Shown: positions 60,296 through 64,000 of the stretch, piece by piece | Layout: each line of letters begins with the position of its first letter | Numbering within the stretch: position 1 is the stretch's first letter | Source of the DNA: Planctomycetota bacterium | Lineage (GTDB): Bacteria > Planctomycetota > UBA1135 > UBA2386 | Length of the DNA stretch: 64,000 nucleotides | Reading direction: 5' to 3' | Assembly (NCBI GenBank): GCA_965228735.1 | Contig: OZ245838.1 | Coordinates: 4,960,001-5,024,000, forward strand | Translations under genes and position numbers: made by a program | The notes under the pieces: model-generated | Told to the model about the DNA's origin: nothing | The model's database searches: none | What the model saw: the letters and a program-made list of their open reading frames with translations, nothing else

Positions 60296-60334
60296 GTGAA
60301 GGTGATGCGTGGCTTCCGTTAAGGGAATGTAAAG
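60296..60334 (-). promoter_or_regulatory. Pho-box-like 11-bp direct repeats upstream of pstS
   Basis: CTTTAC, CTTAAC, CCACGC, CTTCAC at an exact 11-bp period. Confidence 0.65.
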
Positions 60335-60509
60335 AGCGCGGGTTTCGCCGGGCGGCGGGGGGTTGGCCGAATGCCGGCGAGTGGCGGCCGAACGCCGCCG
60401 GAATGGCCGATCGAGGCCATCCGGAGAGCCAGCCCAGGGCCGCGAAGTCGGTCTACGGTATTGCCGAAGTGCACTCTGGCGACCTCGGGTTCGCGGCGAT
60501 GTCCGCCAT

Positions 60510-60564
60510 CTTCACGGAACCGCAACGGTGCCTTAACCGAATCTGCATACCGGCTTCATAAAGA
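60510..60564 (+). promoter_or_regulatory. Pho-box-like 11-bp direct repeats upstream of the porin
   Basis: CTTCAC, CGCAAC, CTTAAC, CTGCAT, CTTCAT at an exact 11-bp period. Confidence 0.7.
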
Positions 60565-60613
60565 CCACGCTCGGCTGACTCTAACCACCCTGTGTCAACG
60601 GTCTGCGAAGTTG

Positions 60614-61945
60614 ATGTCAAGATCCCGAGCGTGCGCCCTCTCTCTCCTCTCCACCTGTGGAGCCGTGCTGGCTCAGCAGGACCCGACCCCTGCCCCCGAC
60701 CAGCCGGGAGCGCCGACCGAGGCGCAGCTGGACGCCGCGGTCGAGCGGTACATGCAGAAGAACTCGATGGTGAACGCCACCTACGGCAGCAAGGGGTTCC
60801 GCCTCGAGACCGCCGACGGCAACTACCAGACCAACCTGCAGTGGCGGGCGCAGCTCCGCTTCACCGACCCGTATCGCGGCGATCCGCGGCAGGTCGATGA
60901 GTTCGAGGGCTCCGAACGCACCACGTTCGAGGCGCGCCGGGTCCGCATGAAGATCGGCGGTCACGGCTACCAGCCGTGGCTGAAGTACTACTTCGAGGTC
61001 GACCTCCAGCCGACGCGGTCGTCGTCGAGCTCGAGCGCGAACTCGAGCGCGCGCGTCATCGACTGGCGCATCGACGTCGCCAAGTGGGAGGCCTTCGGCA
61101 TCCGCGTTGGCCAATGGAAGATCGACTACAACCGCGAGCGTGTCGACTCCTCCGGTCGCCAGCAGTTCGTCGAGCGGTCGATCGTCAACCGGATCTTCAC
61201 GATCGACCGCCAGGTCGGCGCGAGCTTTCGCGGTCACCTCTTCAAGGGCACGGCCGCGGACTTCCGCTACTACCTCGGCGCGTTCACCGGCGAGGGGCGC
61301 GGCGTCGCCAACGACGATCAGCGGCTGATGTACGTCACCCGCCTGCAGTGGAACTTCCTCGGCCGGGATCTCGCGTTGCGGCAGACGGACGTCGAGCGCA
61401 CCGAGAAGCCCACGGGCAGCTTCGCGATCGGTGGCGCCACCCACACCGGTCGGGCGACGCGCTGGTCGTCCGGCGGCGGCGGCAACCTCGACGGCTTCGA
61501 CAGCGTGTCGAACGCGATGAACGGGCAGCACCGCATCTACCAGGCGGTCGCCGAGTTCGCGTTCAAGTACCAGGGGTTCTCGACGCAGAACGAGTTCCAC
61601 TGGAAGAGCATCACCGACAAGAGCATCCCGCACGGCGCGCTCGGTCGGGACAGCGACCTCTACGGTCTCTACTCGCAGGTCGGCTACTTCTTCCACGAGA
61701 TGTTCCCGAGCTTCCCCGAGCCGCTCGAGCTCGCGGCGCGCTACGCCTGGCTGCGTGAGCCGAACGAGAACGTGCGCACGGTGGATAACGAGCGCCAGGA
61801 GTTCACGATCGCCGCGAACTGGTTCTTCGCGGGTCACAACAACAAGCTCACGCTCGACTACTCGTACCTGACGATCGACGACGACGTCCTGGCGATGGAC
61901 GAGTCGGGGAGTCGCATCCGCCTGCAGTGGGACATCTCCTTCTGA
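60614..61945 (+). CDS. Phosphate-selective porin (OprO/OprP-like)
   Basis: Signal peptide, RR.R...G, VGQ.K, alternating beta strands, C-terminal Phe; divergent from pstS. Confidence 0.85.
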   Translation: MSRSRACALSLLSTCGAVLAQQDPTPAPDQPGAPTEAQLDAAVERYMQKNSMVNATYGSKGFRLETADGNYQTNLQWRAQLRFTDPYRGDPRQVDEFEGSERTTFEARRVRMKIGGHGYQPWLKYYFEVDLQPTRSSSSSSANSSARVIDWRIDVAKWEAFGIRVGQWKIDYNRERVDSSGRQQFVERSIVNRIFTIDRQVGASFRGHLFKGTAADFRYYLGAFTGEGRGVANDDQRLMYVTRLQWNFLGRDLALRQTDVERTEKPTGSFAIGGATHTGRATRWSSGGGGNLDGFDSVSNAMNGQHRIYQAVAEFAFKYQGFSTQNEFHWKSITDKSIPHGALGRDSDLYGLYSQVGYFFHEMFPSFPEPLELAARYAWLREPNENVRTVDNERQEFTIAANWFFAGHNNKLTLDYSYLTIDDDVLAMDESGSRIRLQWDISF

Positions 61946-61980
61946 GCGAGTTTGCCCGCGAAGCGGGCAAACTCGCTCAG
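61942..61980 (+). terminator. Perfect 18-bp stem-loop after the porin
   Basis: CTGAGCGAGTTTGCCCGC-GAA-GCGGGCAAACTCGCTCAG. Confidence 0.7.
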
Positions 61981-62056
61981 GACCTTGCCGCGCTCCTTCG
62001 GAGCGCCGCTCCGGTTCTGAGCTGGCTTCTTCTGGTCTCGAAGCGATAGGTCGGTG

Positions 62057-62081
62057 CTGCTGCCACCACGGTGGCAGCAGG
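62057..62081 (+). promoter_or_regulatory. Palindromic operator, copy B (putative WYL-regulator site)
   Basis: CTGCTGCCACCACGGTGGCAGCAGG, ending 20 nt before the DinB-family ATG. Confidence 0.72.
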
Positions 62082-62101
62082 GGGTCGGTAACTACTTGCG
62101 C

Positions 62102-62665
62102 ATGAGCAAGCCCACTGTTGCCAGTCTTCTCCTCACCGACCTCGACCGCGAAGCGGTCCTCACTCGCCGTGTCCTGCGGGCCGCGCCGGCCGCGCACTAC
62201 GACTTCCGGCCGCACGAGAAGTCCATGACGCTCGGCCAGCTGGCCAGCCACCTCGCCGAGACGCCGTCGTGGGTCGAAGGGATGCAGCCCGACGTCCTCG
62301 ACATGGCGGAGGTCATGGCCGACTACCGCCCGTTCGTCGCGACGACGACGGCGGAGGTGATCGCGACCCACGACCGCAACTTCGCCAAGTGCCGCGCGGT
62401 CGCGGACCAGAGCGACGACTTCCTGCTCAGTGAGTGGCGGATGGTGCGCGGCGACGTGGAGCTGCTGGCCTTGCCGCGCCACCTCGCGATTCGCGACTTC
62501 GCGCTGCTGCACCAGGCCCACCATCGCGGTCAGCTGACCGTCTACCTGCGGCTGCTCGGCGTGCCCGTGCCGCAGACCTACGGGCCGACGGCGGATCTGC
62601 CCGATTGGTCGCCCGGCGTCGACACCGAGACGGGCGCCGCTGACGCCACGGCGGCGAACGCGTAA
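62102..62665 (+). CDS. DinB/YfiT superfamily protein
   Basis: PHEKSM.LG.LA.HLA, H..HHRGQL.VYLR.L..PVP..YGP. Confidence 0.9.
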   Translation: MSKPTVASLLLTDLDREAVLTRRVLRAAPAAHYDFRPHEKSMTLGQLASHLAETPSWVEGMQPDVLDMAEVMADYRPFVATTTAEVIATHDRNFAKCRAVADQSDDFLLSEWRMVRGDVELLALPRHLAIRDFALLHQAHHRGQLTVYLRLLGVPVPQTYGPTADLPDWSPGVDTETGAADATAANA

Positions 62666-62674
62666 CGTCGCCCC

Positions 62675-63373
62675 ATGCGCCGCGCCGATCGCCTCTTCCA
62701 ACTCGTGCAGCTGCTGCGGTCGCGCGACGTCGTGACCGCGCGCGAGATCGCCGGTGAGCTCGAGGTGTCACTGCGCACCGTGTATCGCGACGTCGCCGAT
62801 CTCAGCGCGAGCGGTGTGCCGATCGACGGCGAGGCCGGGGTCGGCTACGCGCTCGGCCAGGGTTTCGACCTGCCGCCACTGATGTTCGATCGCGAGGAGA
62901 TCGGCGCGCTCGTGCTCGGCGCCCGCATGGTGCAGGCGTTCGGTGACGACGCGCTCGCCGACCGGGCGAAGAGCGTGCTCGAGAAGGTCGCGCTCGTCGT
63001 GCCCGAACCGCTGCGCGCCGGCTTCGACCGCGAGGACATCGGCGTTCCTGTCGGCCTCGAGGCCGAAACCAGGGCGCGACTGCAGAGCTTGCGCGAGGCG
63101 ATCGACGGTCGTCGCAAGATCCGCTGCCGCTACCGCAGCGTGCAGGACCAGGTCAGCGAGCGCACGCTGCGCCCGCTGACCCTCGCGTTCTTCGGTTCGG
63201 TGTGGCTGCTCGGCTCGTGGTGCGAACTGCGCGCCGACTTCCGCACGTTTCGGCCCGACCGATTCGAGAGTCTGGAGGTGCTCGACGAGCAGGTGCCGGA
63301 CGAGCCGGAACGGTCGCTCCAGGCCTATCTCCGGTTGGTCCACGAACGCATGAGCCGCGCCGGCGAGTGTTGA
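62675..63373 (+). CDS. YafY-type HTH-WYL transcriptional regulator
   Basis: MRRADRLFQ, LEVS.RT.YRD, GEAGVGY, WLL..WCELR.DFR.FR.DR. Confidence 0.93.
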   Translation: MRRADRLFQLVQLLRSRDVVTAREIAGELEVSLRTVYRDVADLSASGVPIDGEAGVGYALGQGFDLPPLMFDREEIGALVLGARMVQAFGDDALADRAKSVLEKVALVVPEPLRAGFDREDIGVPVGLEAETRARLQSLREAIDGRRKIRCRYRSVQDQVSERTLRPLTLAFFGSVWLLGSWCELRADFRTFRPDRFESLEVLDEQVPDEPERSLQAYLRLVHERMSRAGEC

Positions 63374-63398
63374 GCGGATCTTGCGTTACAGTTCGCGC

Positions 63399-64000
63399 GT
63401 GGATCGCCGCGCCCGGATCCTGAGCCTCGCACTCGTCGCGCTGACCGCGCTCGTGGTCGTCGTCGCGTGGGGCAGCGACGGCGAGCCTGGTCCGCCCGCG
63501 GGTTCGAACTCGACCGCCCGGTCGGGCGACGCGACGACGATGGCGGCGGCCAGTGATGCCGCCGCGTCCCGGGCCGACGCGGTCGCGGCAGAGCGCTCGG
63601 TCGTCGAGGTCGAACCGTCGCGCTACGCCCAGCTGCTGCGCGCAACGGCGACCGGCTACACCGGGCGCGTCGTCACCGCGCGCGGCGAGGTCGTGCCCGG
63701 CATCGGCGTCACGCTGCTGCGGGTGGCCGCGACGGCCGCGTTCCCGGCGAAGCTCGATCTGTTCGACGTGCAGCCGGCCGAGCCGCAAGTCGTCGCGGCC
63801 GAGGCTTCGACGGATGCCCGCGGGCGCTTCGTGCTCGACGGTGTCGCGCCGCGCGGTGTGTGCTTCCTGCGCCTCGCGTTCGAGGACCCGGACACGGCGC
63901 CGGCGCGGTTTCGTTCCGGGCAACGCACCTACGTGCCGGTCGAGCGCGCGCCGGCGCCCGGCGAGGTGGTCGATCTCGGCGACGTCATGCTCAAGGTCGG
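63399..64000 (+). CDS. Membrane-anchored protein with carboxypeptidase-regulatory-like domain (partial)
   Basis: GTG start, N-terminal TM helix, GRVV...G..V.G, TDARGRFVL; open to the window end. Confidence 0.7.
   Translation, partial: MDRRARILSLALVALTALVVVVAWGSDGEPGPPAGSNSTARSGDATTMAAASDAAASRADAVAAERSVVEVEPSRYAQLLRATATGYTGRVVTARGEVVPGIGVTLLRVAATAAFPAKLDLFDVQPAEPQVVAAEASTDARGRFVLDGVAPRGVCFLRLAFEDPDTAPARFRSGQRTYVPVERAPAPGEVVDLGDVMLKV

Overview
High-GC (roughly 70% by eye) bacterial chromosomal DNA, densely coding, about 62 genes. The gene content (ASPIC/UnbV and FG-GAP proteins, several ECF sigma factors, TPR proteins, sulfotransferase) suggests Planctomycetota; that is an inference. Housekeeping blocks: an rluB-like/M16 peptidase pair/Nif3 operon, groES-groEL, kynU-kynB, tRNA-Val(TAC) and a complete pstS-phoU-pstCAB-pstB operon with a divergent phosphate porin. 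Accessory content: an AbiEii-type toxin-antitoxin pair, a Fic protein, an HNH nuclease and DinB/WYL genes. Most notable: (1) a hidden exported thioredoxin-fold selenoprotein (U-P-P-C, in-frame TGA at 25408-25410, followed by a SECIS-like hairpin) that the ORF track splits in two; (2) a family of 31-bp palindromic REP-like units occurring as inverted doublets, one pair enclosing a whole small ORF; (3) a 25-bp operator shared, at identical spacing, by two genes 15 kb apart, probably bound by the local WYL regulator; (4) a Pst system with reciprocally degenerate PstB ATPases and a PhoU fused to a catalytically dead ArsC/LMW-PTP domain; (5) a YfcC-type transporter carrying an inserted XRE-like HTH. 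All family assignments come from motif recognition by eye, not database searches.
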